A DNA stretch of 62,181 nucleotides, filler included, from Vermamoeba vermiformis (GCA_045837725.1; 6 parts of 6 records of this genome joined end to end with filler, not necessarily neighbours in it); one strand, 5' to 3'; positions 36,902-51,875 are shown, counted from the whole stretch's first letter. Notes: generated by a model from the letters alone, not told the origin. Numbers and translations are program-made.

Positions 36902-38160
36902 TTTCCTGAAGTAACAGTATTAATGAACTGCACATGAATAGTGATTTTTAAAATCTATATTGTTGGTCAATTTTGTATCATTATATGATGATCAATAGCA
37001 TAGAATAGTAAGAGTCGTTCGGCAAAGTAGTGCTGTTTTACGTCAGCAGCAAGAGGGTTGATGCGCACCACTGTGAACCCCTACGATTTTAGCTAGCCAT
37101 AACAGTGCTATATATATATTAGATGCAATGAATAACTGCCAGCATTATATTTAGTTGAGTTCGGCAAAGTCGTGCTGCACACGAAGTTGAAGTTAAAGTT
37201 ACGTTACACCAGTGTTGGGCAATCATGATTTTTCTTACCAAAATCAATTGCATATATAAACTACATGAGGTATTGTAATACCATATATATACTTAATAGA
37301 GTTCGGCAAAGTCTGGGTAAGGCACAGAAATTGTCAACAAAGATGACCCGAGAGAACTTTACTTGCATCAACTCAATAGTCCAGCTACTGCCATTACTAA
37401 TAGCATAAATAATTGTAAGCACAATGAATAGGGATAGGAGTTACTTCAATTCTCTTTTACTCATGAGTAGTGGATCTTGTCAGATCTAGATCGGCAGAAC
37501 TGAACTAGCAAAACCATCTTTAAAATATATATCAAAGCTTTAGTATTGCTCATTGTATATGTACAAATGCATACACCATGTTTGAAACAATTTGGTTAAT
37601 TAGTAATGATACTATAGATTGAAAACCCTCTTACGGCAAGGATTTGACTGGTGCACGAGACAGAACAGATAATAGGCTTTTTGAATATGCAATGATCAGC
37701 CCCAAAATGATAGATATGGGATATATATAATATAAGCAGCATACATATGTTATTATTATGTATTATGTTGATACCTAACAATTTCCGAGCTGGATATGAA
37801 ATTATGCCGATCAATTTTCTCCTCAAAAATTCAAAATAGCCATTAAACTAGCATATTTAAATTATTATAATGCATATATAATTATAAATTGATATATGTC
37901 TTCATATGTAATAATTTCCGAGCAAGATGTAAAGTTAAATCCACCTTGACTTACATTAGTTTTGAATCCATTGAGTTGCCTTGATAATGATGTGTTGTAT
38001 GAGGTATATAATAGGTGATTTGAACTATAGGTGTTGTTTAATGTTATTATTGGAATGAAATAATGGTCAAATAACTTCTCCGTAGCAAGTGCCCTGGTTA
38101 ATTTCCTTTTATGGGTAACCAAATCCAATTGTCCTCGGAAATCATTACATGAACACCACA

Positions 38161-39601
38161 ATGAGTGAGGATACTGACAAGGTATTAATTGACAACCCTA
38201 CTGCTGCATCAGTTGACAGTGAAGCCCAGCAGCCAAAGCAAAATCCCCCGCCCAGTCCAAAATCCACTCGGGAATCATTAATAGCTGGTAATTAACTCTC
38301 TTAATTATTCTATAATTTTCCCAACATTATGATGTCTCTTTATTTATAAGGAAACTAATTTTTAATGGCTAGAAGAAAAAATTGAGTCCCTCAATCCTGA
38401 TCGGCAAACCAAAATTCCTATTGGTAATTCCAATAATGAAGGTACATATTAATTTATTATTGTAAGTATTACTCATACATAAATCAATTATAGTAAGCAA
38501 TGACAGTGTCCAAGAAGAAAAATCTTCCTTCGGCGGGCTGAACTCTGCCGATAACAAAGGTAAGTAATAAGGCATTATTGGATCAACTCTGACTTGTTGC
38601 TGATTTAGAGGTATATACTGAGTTCTACAAGTACCACGGAGAGCCTTGGAATGGCAATTATTATTATAAAGTGACTCGGCGGATGGATGACTTTGCTGTC
38701 GAAGTTGGAGATACAGTGGTTGTAAAAAATGTCATTGGCTTGCATACAGTGCTATTCATCATTCGCAATAAGCAATTCAACAAGGTTCTCCTTGCAGATC
38801 CTTCCCTTAAATCTGTAATTGAAGTCAAGTTCAGTGATGTCGAGTCAGTTGAAGGCAAAGCTAGCAATAGTCAAAAAGAGTGCCTGGATGAATTGTTTAA
38901 GGCTTATTATGCAGCAAAGGTATGTCAGAAACAATATAACCCTATTTATTTACGTTGTCCAGACTAGAAAAGTCTCTCCAAAACCTACTGTGAAAACAGA
39001 GCCAGCAAAAAAGGCTTCTAGGACCCAGCCAGTACGTGCCTCAAGAACACTGGTAAAGCCAGCTGCGCCAAGCAAAAAAGGTAGCAAATTCTATTACCGA
39101 TAGGTTTTGACAAAGACGTTTACAGGAGCAAGCAAGGGACTTGTTGCTAAAGATCAGAAGAGACCTATTGCTGTAGTAGAGCCTTCTTTGGTCAAATGAC
39201 GACAATTGCAAAGTTTGTCTGCATCAGAGTCAGAAGATGAAGTTATCCCACTTAAGAACAAGACAAAGTCCATTCACAAGCCAACATTACCAAAGCTCCC
39301 ACCACCGCAAGCTGCACCCACTGCTGCCACTAACACAACTGAATTAGTTGGAGTTCCAGCTGTCCACTTGAGTCCTCAAACTACAGGATTGACACCCAGC
39401 CCAGTTCCCACTTCTGTGTTGAATACTGCAAACAATGCAAGCAACCAATATCTCCAAAGTATACTGGAGTTGCAGCAAATGCAGCACAGACACTCTATGG
39501 CACAGCAACAGGCCCAGTTCATGACAATTCTACAACAACAGCAGCAAGCAGAGGCAGACAGCTCATTCCGTACTGCCTTCTTACTTGCAAACAAACTTTG
39601 A
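38161..39601 (+). CDS. Second transposon gene: possible BAH-like domain plus Pro/Gln-rich tail (multi-exon)
   Basis: 5' exons splice in frame; YYKVTRR..FAVEVGDTVVV...DVESVEGKA resembles BAH; C-terminal QQQ-rich helix. Confidence 0.55.
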
Positions 39602-40006
39602 TATTTATTCTGGTGTTAGCTAATTCTGCCTAATAAACTGAAGAACAATAGAAAAGCAAAAGAAAACTTTACACACAAAGAATAAATGAAATACACCCAA
39701 ATGGGTTTTTACAATACCTTTCGATTATTATTATGAGAATATTGCTAGATTAGAATCGACCAGTTATTCGTTCTTGAGAATTCTTGAGAATTTCCGGAAG
39801 CGACGTTGACACGTGTTCGTTTAGCGTGCAAACGCTACAGAAACAATGCCCAGCGCCAATGAAGGCTGCCGAGCGAGCTTTCAGTTTCGACGAATACGAA
39901 GTTTCCGCGGAATTTCACCGAGTAGTTTGAGCAGGGACCAACGGCGGCTAGTATAAAAAGTCAGCGTTAATATCTCAACAACTCCTTATTATACTTTAGC
40001 TTGGGA

Positions 40007-41621
40007 ATGAGTGAGTTGCCATATGAGATCGTGTCGCACATCTTCGGCATCTTGGATGTGCGATCTCTAGCCCAAGCAAGCGCGACTTGTCACTCGTGGA
40101 GAGAAGCCTCCAATGACCAAAGACTATGGAAGGCTATATTTCAGGAATCTGTAAGTACTACAAATAAGTGAAGATCTGCTGACGAATAAACGGTTCTCGT
40201 TTACTACCCATTTCAATAGTTTATCGCTCTGGTCATTTTATTAATTTTACCTGTTAAATGTAGTACTCTGAAGACGTCTTTGGTAACGAATTAGTCGAGA
40301 AGGTAAATAAAATAAAATATTTTTTCGATCTGCAATTGTTTTAAAACGATAAAGCGTTATTATTTATCAACTCAATCAATTGTAGCTAACATCATATTAT
40401 ATATGACAGGAGGAGTGGAAGAAAGCGTGCAAATTGTCCTACAAGATCCGCTCCGCTTACTACGGATCGTATATTCCAGACTATCGCATTAAATTCGCGC
40501 CTGAAGATGTTGCTTGGAACGAACAAAACGTCCACGTGCGAGTATTCAAACGAGCGCACTTCAAACAGGCACCTGTCATTTTATACCCCGTAAGTATAAA
40601 ATATCTCGGCAGATCCACCTGGCATAATTTACATTTAACTTGAACACATACTAATGATTGGTTATTATTATAGATGGAAAAAACAGTTGCCAATACTCTT
40701 CCCGATAATGACGCTGTTCGAACGTGGATCGAAGGAAAAATGAAGCTTCACAACCCTGAATTCTGCAAAATATTGGGCTGGACAGGCGACGTATGTACTA
40801 ATAGTATTATAACATTATCGTGTCCATTATTAGAAATGGAAGCTGGATCCGGACCTCACATTTGACACGTGTCAATTTATTTTACTTTGTTTTAGGACGA
40901 AGAAAAATACTTAGTGATTGAAAATTGTCAACGAGGAATCGTTAAACATGCCTCGAATAAGTCATTAACGAGTTGGCAGTTTTATTTCTCGTACGCGCTT
41001 CAGATGGTCGATATTTTCATGAAGGCCCATGAAGTCATGCCAGAACAGAAATATTTTTGTTTTAGACTGGAAGATTTTTATCTCACTTCCGAGATCAAAT
41101 TGAAATTGAACCTCTCAGGTACACTTCGAACAGAAAAAAAAATGCGACCGTACTTAATTCTAATTCTTAGATTGGCTATTTGCTTGGCTATCGCTTTTTG
41201 TTATCAATTATTCTGATGACTACAGACCGAACATTTCACGAAGTAATTTCCCGCCTGAATTAGTTACCGTTGAAGGATTGAAAATTGAGAAGCAGACAGT
41301 CGATGTTTGGGCCATTGCCAAGAACTTACAACACCTCGTACGGTTACATAAAATATACTATACTATAGTGCCCGACACTAACGATAGTTTCTATAGATGA
41401 AACAGCTGTTTGTAGCACCACGTTACTGGTTCTCGTACCCCGAAGTGTTCCCTCATGATTGTCCCGCAGAACTAACCGAATTCATGAAAAAATGCACCGC
41501 TCGCGAGCCACAAGATAGACCTAAGCTTAGTGAACTCAAGCATATGTTAGAAATCATTGCACATAATAACTCGACTCTTACCTCACCCAATGTTAGCGGA
41601 TCAACCCTTTCCAAATCTTAA
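40007..41621 (+). CDS. F-box protein with degenerate kinase-like domain (multi-exon)
   Basis: MSELPYEIVSHIFGILDVRSLAQASATCHSW...LWK (F-box); KLHNPEFCKILGW, FPPE, VDVWA, CPAELTEFMKKCTAREPQDRP (kinase C-lobe). Confidence 0.75.
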
Positions 41622-41696
41622 GTCAACCCCAAAAAACTCCTTGTAAATAGTTCAAATTAATACTCCGAATTTTATTTACAATTTTTCCAGCAATTT

Positions 41697-43914
41697 CTAT
41701 TTTTCAGGCCAAGGTTTGCTTGGACTACTAAGTTCCCACCGACCGTCGATTAATCGTTCGTAAAATAAAAACGCATGGCCGTCAATGAACTGACCCTTAG
41801 TACGGTTATTTCTATAAGCATAATAACTATACTCGAGACTTCGCGTGAATGAGAATGACTGGTAGCCTTGCATATTCGTTGTTTTTTTCAGCAGTCTCGA
41901 CGCGTAGTTATTCCGCAGTTGTTTTTGCTTGACAGGCGAACCCATTACTTTCATTAAGAATATGATGCCATATCTAAGGAATAATTAGATTTTAAATTGA
42001 AATCTAAGGGTGGATCCAGATCTGCTTACCTTTCCGTTGCACTAATATTAAAAAGAAATGAACTGATATTATCTAATGTTCCGACCTTATTGCCGATGAA
42101 CTCAATCAGTTTTGACGAGCTAACGGTCTCTTCCTAAAAAGGAAATATCGTTAGTTTAGCTCGATACTGCTAAGTTTAGCAGTAATATAGTACCTGAATA
42201 TGACATTTGTGCTCTAATTGATATATCGCTTGAATTCTGACGCGCTTGTCGATCAATCTTTGTTGGAACGAGATCACGCGCACTCCTTTTCCAGTTCTCA
42301 CCGCCAAATCTCCATTACTGAGCTAAAAAAACAATCATTAACCTTAAAATAGTACTTTAATATATTACTATTACCTCACTGAACTCCGATACAGATTCAT
42401 ACAGATTAATGCCGTTGATCAGCTTGCCCGAATTCAGATCGATGAAGAACACTTTGCCGTCGCTAGAACACACCAACATATCGTGATATATGGTTGCGTT
42501 GTTAGGCTAAAAATAATAAAATTAATTATAAATGCTTTGAAGAACTTGCTATACGTACGTAAGCAACAGGAATTTTGAGGGTCGCGAGCGATTTGGTATT
42601 AATATCGTACACGAGCATTTTTTTCTCGTAAATAAACATTACGACCTAATTGTAGGCATTAGTGAGTATATTTAATGCAGTTCGTGTAAAGTTGACTTAC
42701 TTTGTCGGATCCAGCAGTAATGCTGTGAACAACCTCGTTGCTGATGATGACATGTTCTTCTTTCGTTAACAAATTCATGCACATCACTTTGCACGGATGA
42801 AAAGGCTGCAGTATATTCAGTCATATACTGTAAATATTTTAGCTACTCACTTGGTAATATATGAAATAATGTTGGTAAAGATCTACGATGCGGATCTTCT
42901 TAGCTTCGAGAATTTGGTGCATTAGCTCCATTGAATGAATATTCCATATGCCATATACCGATCCAGCACTAAATAACAACATTTAGTGGCTGCATAAAAG
43001 CTTTGGATCTGTTAATTTCTTACTTGTTGTACCAATCATCGTAGCCACGTTGAAAACAAATGGCAACAAACGGTGATTTGTTGTCGCTGTTTTTTATCAC
43101 GTGATCGACGTTGCCTTTCACTACACCACCGAGTTCTTTCGTTTCAGGCGTGGCACAGACCGATTGAAAGCTCAAATCACGAAGCCTGCTGGGTGGCGCC
43201 GTAGACTTTTCATTGAGTTAGCTAAGTTTGGTAATGTAGTATCGCTACTTACTGATCTGAACATCATGTTACCCGACGTTAGAAATAAGAATGAATCCTT
43301 GTACTAACAAAAATGTAATTAGTAAGGCTTAGGCGGTGACTCAAAGCGGTACGTACAGGAATAGATTCTTCGGTAATAACATTGACTAAATGCGTATCTT
43401 TATCATCTAATATGGTACACCAATCCCCATTAAGCGAGGTGCACGTACTAGTACTTGTTTTTGCGTCCTTGGAGGAAACGGAACGGACAACGCATCTGAA
43501 TTCCATTTGAGTCGTTGAACAATTAAAAATTAAAATAAATAATACGTACTTAGATTGTTTAAGATTATGCCTGACAATAAATTTGCGAAGGACAAGGTGC
43601 TTCCAGTCGAGTTTCGCATCTGGTCTGTAGGCAGGATGCGGAGTGGTTGCAAAGTAAAGCGCCTACCATGACAGAATTTTAACAAATATTAATGTCACAG
43701 ATCGATTTAATATTAAATAAGCGCGAATAAATGAGAATAAAAATTAATAATTCAATAATTCCGGTCGATAAAATTCAATTACCTTCCATAATCCAGGATC
43801 ACACGTGCTACCTCTCCAATTTGAACACACTAAAGAGTTCCGCAGAACAGAACGCACGGATCCAAATCTGAATATCAAAGAAAGTATTTCAGGTGGCAGG
43901 TTGCTCCAATCCAT
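41697..43914 (-). CDS. F-box protein with beta-propeller-like C-terminal region (many short exons)
   Basis: MDWSNLPPEILSLIFRFGSVRSVLRNSLVCSNW...LWK; ~12 short minus-strand introns; beta-rich exons. Confidence 0.7.
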
Positions 43915-44081
43915 GGACGGCTTTGTGAGGTCAAACCAATACTATTTGTAATTGATCACTCTTGTGCTTTTATTGTTGGTCTTTGGGGCGAGATTTCAAT
44001 CGAGCGGGAAACCAATTTGTTGATTTTTTCTTGGAAGTGATTTCAAACAGATCGAGATAAAAGAGGAGCACAACAACGAAC

Positions 44082-44683
44082 ATGTCTGGTCGTGGTAAGG
44101 GAGGTAAAGGACTCGGTATGGGTGGTGCCAAAAGACACAGAAGAGTCCTACGTGACAACATCCAAGGTATCACTAAGCCTGCTCTTAAGCGTATTGCAAG
44201 AAGGTAATCAATTATTTCTTTATACAATAACAAGCACGTAATTATTAATAGTAGTATTACTCTATTATAAACGATTCAGTTAAATTGAATTATTATTCTA
44301 ATAATTAAGCAACAATTTATTTGGACTTTTTACCGTGCAATCTGCGATAAATATTTACTACATAAATATTACATGCTCAGCTAATATTTGATGTGATGTT
44401 CGTTTGTTGCTTTGTCGCACTAACGTGGATTTATGTCTTAGAGCTGGCGTTAAACGCTTTAGCGGTCTTATCTACGAGGAGTTACGCTGCGTTATGAAGA
44501 TCTTTATGGAGAATTTAATTCGTGATGCTGTTACTTACACAGGTAAGCCAGGCTTGACGATCGCACAACCAAATCTTACCACCATTCTTTACAGAACACG
44601 GCAGAAGAAAGACAGTCACTACTACCGATGTTGTGTACGCTCTTAGAAAGCAAGGCATTACCTTGTTTGGCTTTGGTGCTTAG
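44082..44683 (+). CDS. H4: Histone H4, divergent (exons 44082-44203, 44442-44542, 44595-44683)
   Basis: Spliced product [103 protein letters not shown]. Confidence 0.95.
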
Positions 44684-44912
44684 ATTCAGTTGTAAAAAAG
44701 ATCTTTCTGTCTGAAGCAGCTGCTAATCCGGTTATTCGGACGAATTTATCCTTATAGTTTGCAGTATATAAACAATATATTAGTGTGATAGTTCTTTTAT
44801 GAATTTTCGGTTTATTTACTACAAAGGAGGTTCGAGTTGCAAAAACCAAAGAGCTACATCTCGTTGGAAGTACTCAAAATCTTGCAACCTTACACTCCTT
44901 AGCTGAACATAT

Positions 44913-46515
<1,603 letters not shown>

Positions 46516-47119
46516 CTAAGTCGGGCAATATTTCCATATCACTTTCAGACCGCGAACTAGGTCTGCGGATTTGGAAGGAATCAACAGCCCAGCTCGAGAT
46601 GAAAGCCCGCAAACATGATCAAGGGCACTTACTATTGTTATGTGGTGTGTTCAGAAGCTTGCTTCGATAAAAAGAAGCCAAAAACTTTGTGGCTTTCTTG
46701 ATGTCCGCCACGTGGGTTAAAAACTCGAAATTTTAGTGAAATGCACCATCGTTAATGAAACAAGGCAAAACGTAGTCGAAACCGACTTGACCGACGTAGT
46801 GTCGGTTTTACCGCGACTTGAACGACGGAAGTTTTAACGCACGTCTCCATTTACACCACCGAGTCTCTTAATAGAATACGTACAATTGGATAGGTCATCT
46901 TAACATCGTGACTATGCCCTTTTTATGAGGCGATAATCGATTTTAATTCGTCGCGAAATTGTCTAGAAAATTGAGGGATATCTCATGAGGGGGGAGTTTT
47001 TTTCGGAAGACCACAATTCATTGATTGGGAAAAATACGAGAAGCTCTTAGCTCTTAGCCCAAACGTGTTTAAGTTATCCCATTGGTACTCATTTACCACA
47101 CCACAACCACAAAAGAACA

Positions 47120-47437
47120 ATGTATCCTTATTCTGGTGGTTATCCTGCGGGTTATAGTTATAATACTTATCCTGTAAATTATCCAAGTCAACCCTATACA
47201 ATGGCTTATCAAGTAAACTATGGAACACACGGCCAAGCACTGCAGATGTTAACTGGCATTAATAATCTTACCCCGGAAGAACGGGCTATATTACAGCAAA
47301 TAAAGCACGCCAATGATAAAAAACTTAATCCAAAGTGGGGACCAAACCCCTATTGGGGGCCTGAAGACAAGACACCTGAAGCCTTGGAAGAAATGGCCAA
47401 GATTGCGAAAAGGCATCGCCGAAACCCATATTATTAA
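47120..47437 (+). CDS. Small Tyr/Pro-rich hypothetical protein
   Basis: 105-aa ATG ORF followed by AATAAA signals. Confidence 0.55.
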   Translation: MYPYSGGYPAGYSYNTYPVNYPSQPYTMAYQVNYGTHGQALQMLTGINNLTPEERAILQQIKHANDKKLNPKWGPNPYWGPEDKTPEALEEMAKIAKRHRRNPYY

Positions 47438-47967
47438 TTGGCCTTCATCTAAATAAAACATACAAATTTGTCATGCTATTACAATAAACACCTTATGAAG
47501 TTATTTGAGTGCAAATTTTTAGTTTCACTTAAAAGATCAACTTGCAATTCTTTTCTTTTATTATTACTATTTGGTGCAAGTAATTAATTAATCACTGGAA
47601 AGGATTACGGCCATAATTTTGATATAGTAGCGAGGTTAGATTTTACCCCTGCAATTTTCCGCCTCAAGATCTGACGCGATTAACTTAAACATTTATCCGT
47701 TCTAAGGTCTTTTAAAACTTAAATACTATTATCAGGTGCCAATGAACAGAGTGACTAAAAAATTGTNNNNNNNNNNNNNNNNNNNNNNNNNNNNNNNNNN
47801 NNNNNNNNNNTTAATTAATTAANNNNNNNNNNNNNNNNNNNNNNNNNNNNNNNNNNNNNNNNNNNNATAAAATATTTATTAATTAAAAGTCAATAGGACC
47901 TGGACGGTACAGTCACCGGTCTGAGTATACAGCTGGTAGTGCGTCATAAAAGCGAAAATAGCCTGGC

Positions 47968-49377
47968 TTAACCTTGGTTGATCAGCGGCTCCACCTTTTC
48001 GCCTTCAATTTTGCTCGTAGTGGTAGTTTCCACCGTATAAATTGATGCGGTACTTGGCATTTCATTGTTGATTTGCACATTGTTGGCACTCAAAGATTGC
48101 TCTACGGGCTGACCTCTCGCAAGATCCTCAGTAGCCACCACGTTCTCCGTTAGAGGTATTTGCGGAAGTGCCGATCTTTGAACATCGAATGCACGTGCCA
48201 CAGAGCTGAACGGATCGTACGAAGCAGGACGAGGAGGAAAGATCACGTTCAAAGGTACTGGCATAGGCAGTGTTCCATGGTACTCCTTCGCCATACGCCC
48301 TGCGTAACGCATTAATTATATTTAACAAGACTTTCAGACCCGGCAGAAACAACTTACATGCGTGGTCAAGTACATTGTACACATCCCGACAGTCATGACT
48401 GAAGTGGTAGAAACGATGCATCTAAAACCAATAGTATTAAATATAGATAGTACGAAAATTATTTCACTTACCAAGTGATCCGTGGTGTACACGATCAGTC
48501 CGCGGGTTGTTTCCGTCGGTCTCTCAGCTGCGACAATTTGCTTCACATGCCTTTTGCCTACAAAACAGATATTGTCACTATATTTTCGAATGAAAGTTAG
48601 CACTCGTACCTGACTCGATCGCAGCTCGGAACGAAACGATTTCTCTTAACGGGATCATGAACTAAACGAGGAGTTAAATGAAAGGTACCATAGGTTTGTA
48701 AAGCAATAGCTTACCGAAATGCGTTCGTGCTTGTGACTCGACATAAAAGAAAGATAGTTGTTGCTGATGTAGCATATTCCGGCACGGTTGAATCCGGGCG
48801 AAACAATAACTTTGCAATGAAAACTGTCCAATATTTGCTCTTCCCAGGGAAAGCGAAAATGAGATCTGAAAGCTTCATCTTTGGCAATATGAGATCCCTC
48901 AGAGTGACCTAAATTAAGTATTTGGTTACGAATGAATAACCCGATCAGATTCCGACTTACTTTCGGTCAATGTTACGTCGGAGAATTCATCCCCAATACT
49001 CTTGCCAGCATCCTTTAGTGACTTCTTCAAAGACGCCGTCCAGCCTAGCCAAAATGATTTATTAACACAGGAAGGTGCGATCTATCAATGAAAGTAAAGC
49101 TTGCTTGGTTTGGGTCCAGACTCGAGTCGTGCCTCAGATTGCACGTTTTCAGAATGTCTAAGCTGCCTGTAATATTCTCTGGTGTAACGAAGCTCATTCG
49201 GAAGAAGTTCGGCGACAGGTGGGGGCGCGGGAGGTGCTTCGGAGTAGCTACATTCGAGTCAATATTAATGTTTTGTTCGCGGGGTGTATGAATGGACTCT
49301 TACATTACAGGAGCGTACTGTACATAATTGTACTTCTCAGGAAGTGGCGCGGATAAAATATGTTGGTACGGATTCAT
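47968..49377 (-). CDS. GRAM-domain protein (multi-exon, includes a probable GC-AG intron)
   Basis: Exon reading FRSHFRFPWEEQILDSFHCKV...GICYISNNYLSF, then FMIPLREI and HRFYHF; matches the GRAM pattern. Confidence 0.75.
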
Positions 49378-50012
49378 AGAGAGAAATTAAAACGAATGCC
49401 TATTGTGGAGTATATATCGAGATTTTCTGTCTACTGCAGGATTTCGATTGCGCTGACTTCTTGAGATTTTGCTTCTGTCGCACGACGATACCATTCGAAT
49501 TACCTAAAAAGGAAAATGTTTTCGGAATATTTGTTGTTTTCTTCGTATTGCCTTAATCTCTCGCATGATGTGTTGAATTTCCTACCGCATTTTGATGAAA
49601 CGTCATAAGCGATGAATTTTGATACTATACTTGTATAATTGTACCGAAACTAGTTCTTTATTGATTTGTGTAGGGACATCAGTACTCGAGCCTTGACTGC
49701 ATTATGAACCTTTAATTGAATATCGTTGCGTCAGTAGTCTCCTTGACAATTTTACATTTTGACTTGTTTGGCGTGAGAACAGATTCATAACGAAGTGGTG
49801 TACATCCTTCGCAACTCCATTTGTTCATGATGTTCAGTTGGTTTAGCCGTCTACTTTCAAAATGCACTGAGGCTTGGCAAATGAGCTGGACTTGTGCCTT
49901 GAAACAGGCTTCGCAAATTAAATCCGGATAAAAAAAATTTATAAAATCAAAAATTAACAGCTAGTTGTTTGCGCTTAACATCGATAAATGCTAGCGACGT
50001 CTTTTTTCTTAT

Positions 50013-51875
50013 TTAGAAATTCTTTTTTCTTCTCTTGAATCCGCCCTTGAATCCTCCCTTCTTGGGTGGTTTGTTCAAAATATTCTTTTGCCAGTACTCG
50101 TTCTCGGTTTCACCTTCGAGCATAGTAGCGGTGACCTTGCCACCAGCAATCTCTTTATCACCTTCTTTGTATTCTTTCAGCGCGTTTTGAGCTGAGTCAG
50201 TGTCTGCAAAGCGAACGAAAGCCTTGTGTTCAGCGGGAATGTATTCGACGTACTTGACTGAGCCGAAGCCAGTGAACAAGTCCTACGATTAGACGCACAT
50301 TAGTACTACGTAAATATATATAATGCAAGCAAATAACAATTTATAAAATAAGTGCGGATCTGTCAAAGATCTAAAAATTGAAAAATCCAAATCCGCTTAG
50401 AAAAATCGTAACAGGCTTGAATACACCCTGAATATACTTAAATATAGTCTTGATATTATATTATGCCTATTTAAAGCCTCTGCAAATGTTTCTAACATAC
50501 CTTCAATTCATCGCGATCGGTCTTCTCGCCCAAGCCAGTGACGACCATGACGAGACCTTTGCGCACTTCATTGGTGTATTTTTCACGGCCAACAGGAGCC
50601 TCGGCCTTGCGCTTCTTGCTCTCCTTGGCTTGTTTGCTCTCTTCCTTCTTTTGTTTGTAGTATTCAGAGCTGTAAAACAACGCGCACGATCAGATCCAAA
50701 AACTCCAACAAAGCATAGTTTAACGATAATAAGCTCAAGAATATATCACAGGCATATGCTCGTTATTTTTATAATTACAAAGATGCCATAGAGGGCGTTA
50801 ATGTGGATAAAAAAATGTTGCGGATCCAAAACAATTTACGTAAAATAAGTAAGAGCGTAATCACGCTAATTTAAGCCTGCTATATGTTCTTATAATATTT
50901 TGATAATATTGGCACGTACCGTTGCAGCAAAGTAAGAGTTTGTTCGCCCCACTTGAGTTCCTTCAAGTCAGCGACCTTCTTGGCAGTCTCTTCGGTATCG
51001 AACTCGATGAAAATAGAGCCCTATAATGACAAATATTTATTTAGTACGAAAATAATATTAATCAGATTAAAACTAGAACATTTTCAGATCTACTGATCGA
51101 AAAAAAATTTACTAAAAAATTCCCCTTAGTGCGTTCCGATGATTAATCGTGTCAATAGCGTATATTATGATAGTATATGTTACCTTGAATTTCTTTTCCT
51201 TAGTTCGGCGAGGACGAACGGACAAAACTTTGCCGTGAGTCTCAAAGAATTTTGTAACACTGTCGATCGTGACACCAGTCTCGTCTTCAGGGAATCCTTT
51301 CTATTACAATATTGTATTAGCCATTATTGTCCACATCAGTAGGGTATTTTGCTTTGATTCGAAAATAACATGGATTTGATCGTTGCAAAAAGATCACAAA
51401 AATATCGGTGACTGATTATGCTCGAGTTAAATAATTTTACTTACAACGTAGATGCTGCGCTCGTTCATAGTGTCATTTTCAGGCAAAGGAGCGGATCTCT
51501 TGACGAATTTACCGTCCTCAGAAAGGATTAATTGATCGCTGGTCTTGATTACGTTTGCAACAGCCGCGACATCAGTAGTAATCTCCTTGACCTTGTTGAA
51601 TTTAAGCAAGACTTCAACGGGGATTTCTGCGTGCATTAGTTAAGGAATCCAAGATGCGATTTGCGATCACCGAAAAAAAAAATCTAAAACAACCGGCAAA
51701 TAAACGATCTTCGTATGGATCGTTAATAATGAATATTAGTGAGAAGGATACGACCATTGTTTTCAGCGGCAGTGGTGCGCATGAACTTGTCGCGGGGATA
51801 GTTCGAGTCGCTGAAGTAGAACTCGATCTGCTTCTTCAAAGCTTGAGTTTGTTCGTCGGTGAGAGTAGCAGCCAT
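50013..51875 (-). CDS. SSB: La protein (La motif, RRM, C-terminal RRM, NLS), multi-exon
   Basis: KQIEFYFSDSNYPRDKFM, IPVEVLLKFNKVK, RSIYVKGFP, KGSIFIEF, basic C-terminus. Confidence 0.92.

Larger units (their letters stand above)
33651..39723. mobile_element. Complete 6.07-kb TIR DNA transposon (Sola-like) with two divergent genes
   Basis: 38-bp TIRs: 33651-33688 CGAAAGGTATTGTAAAAACCCAGTTGGGTATATTTCAT vs reverse complement of 39686-39723, 36/38 identical. Confidence 0.9.
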
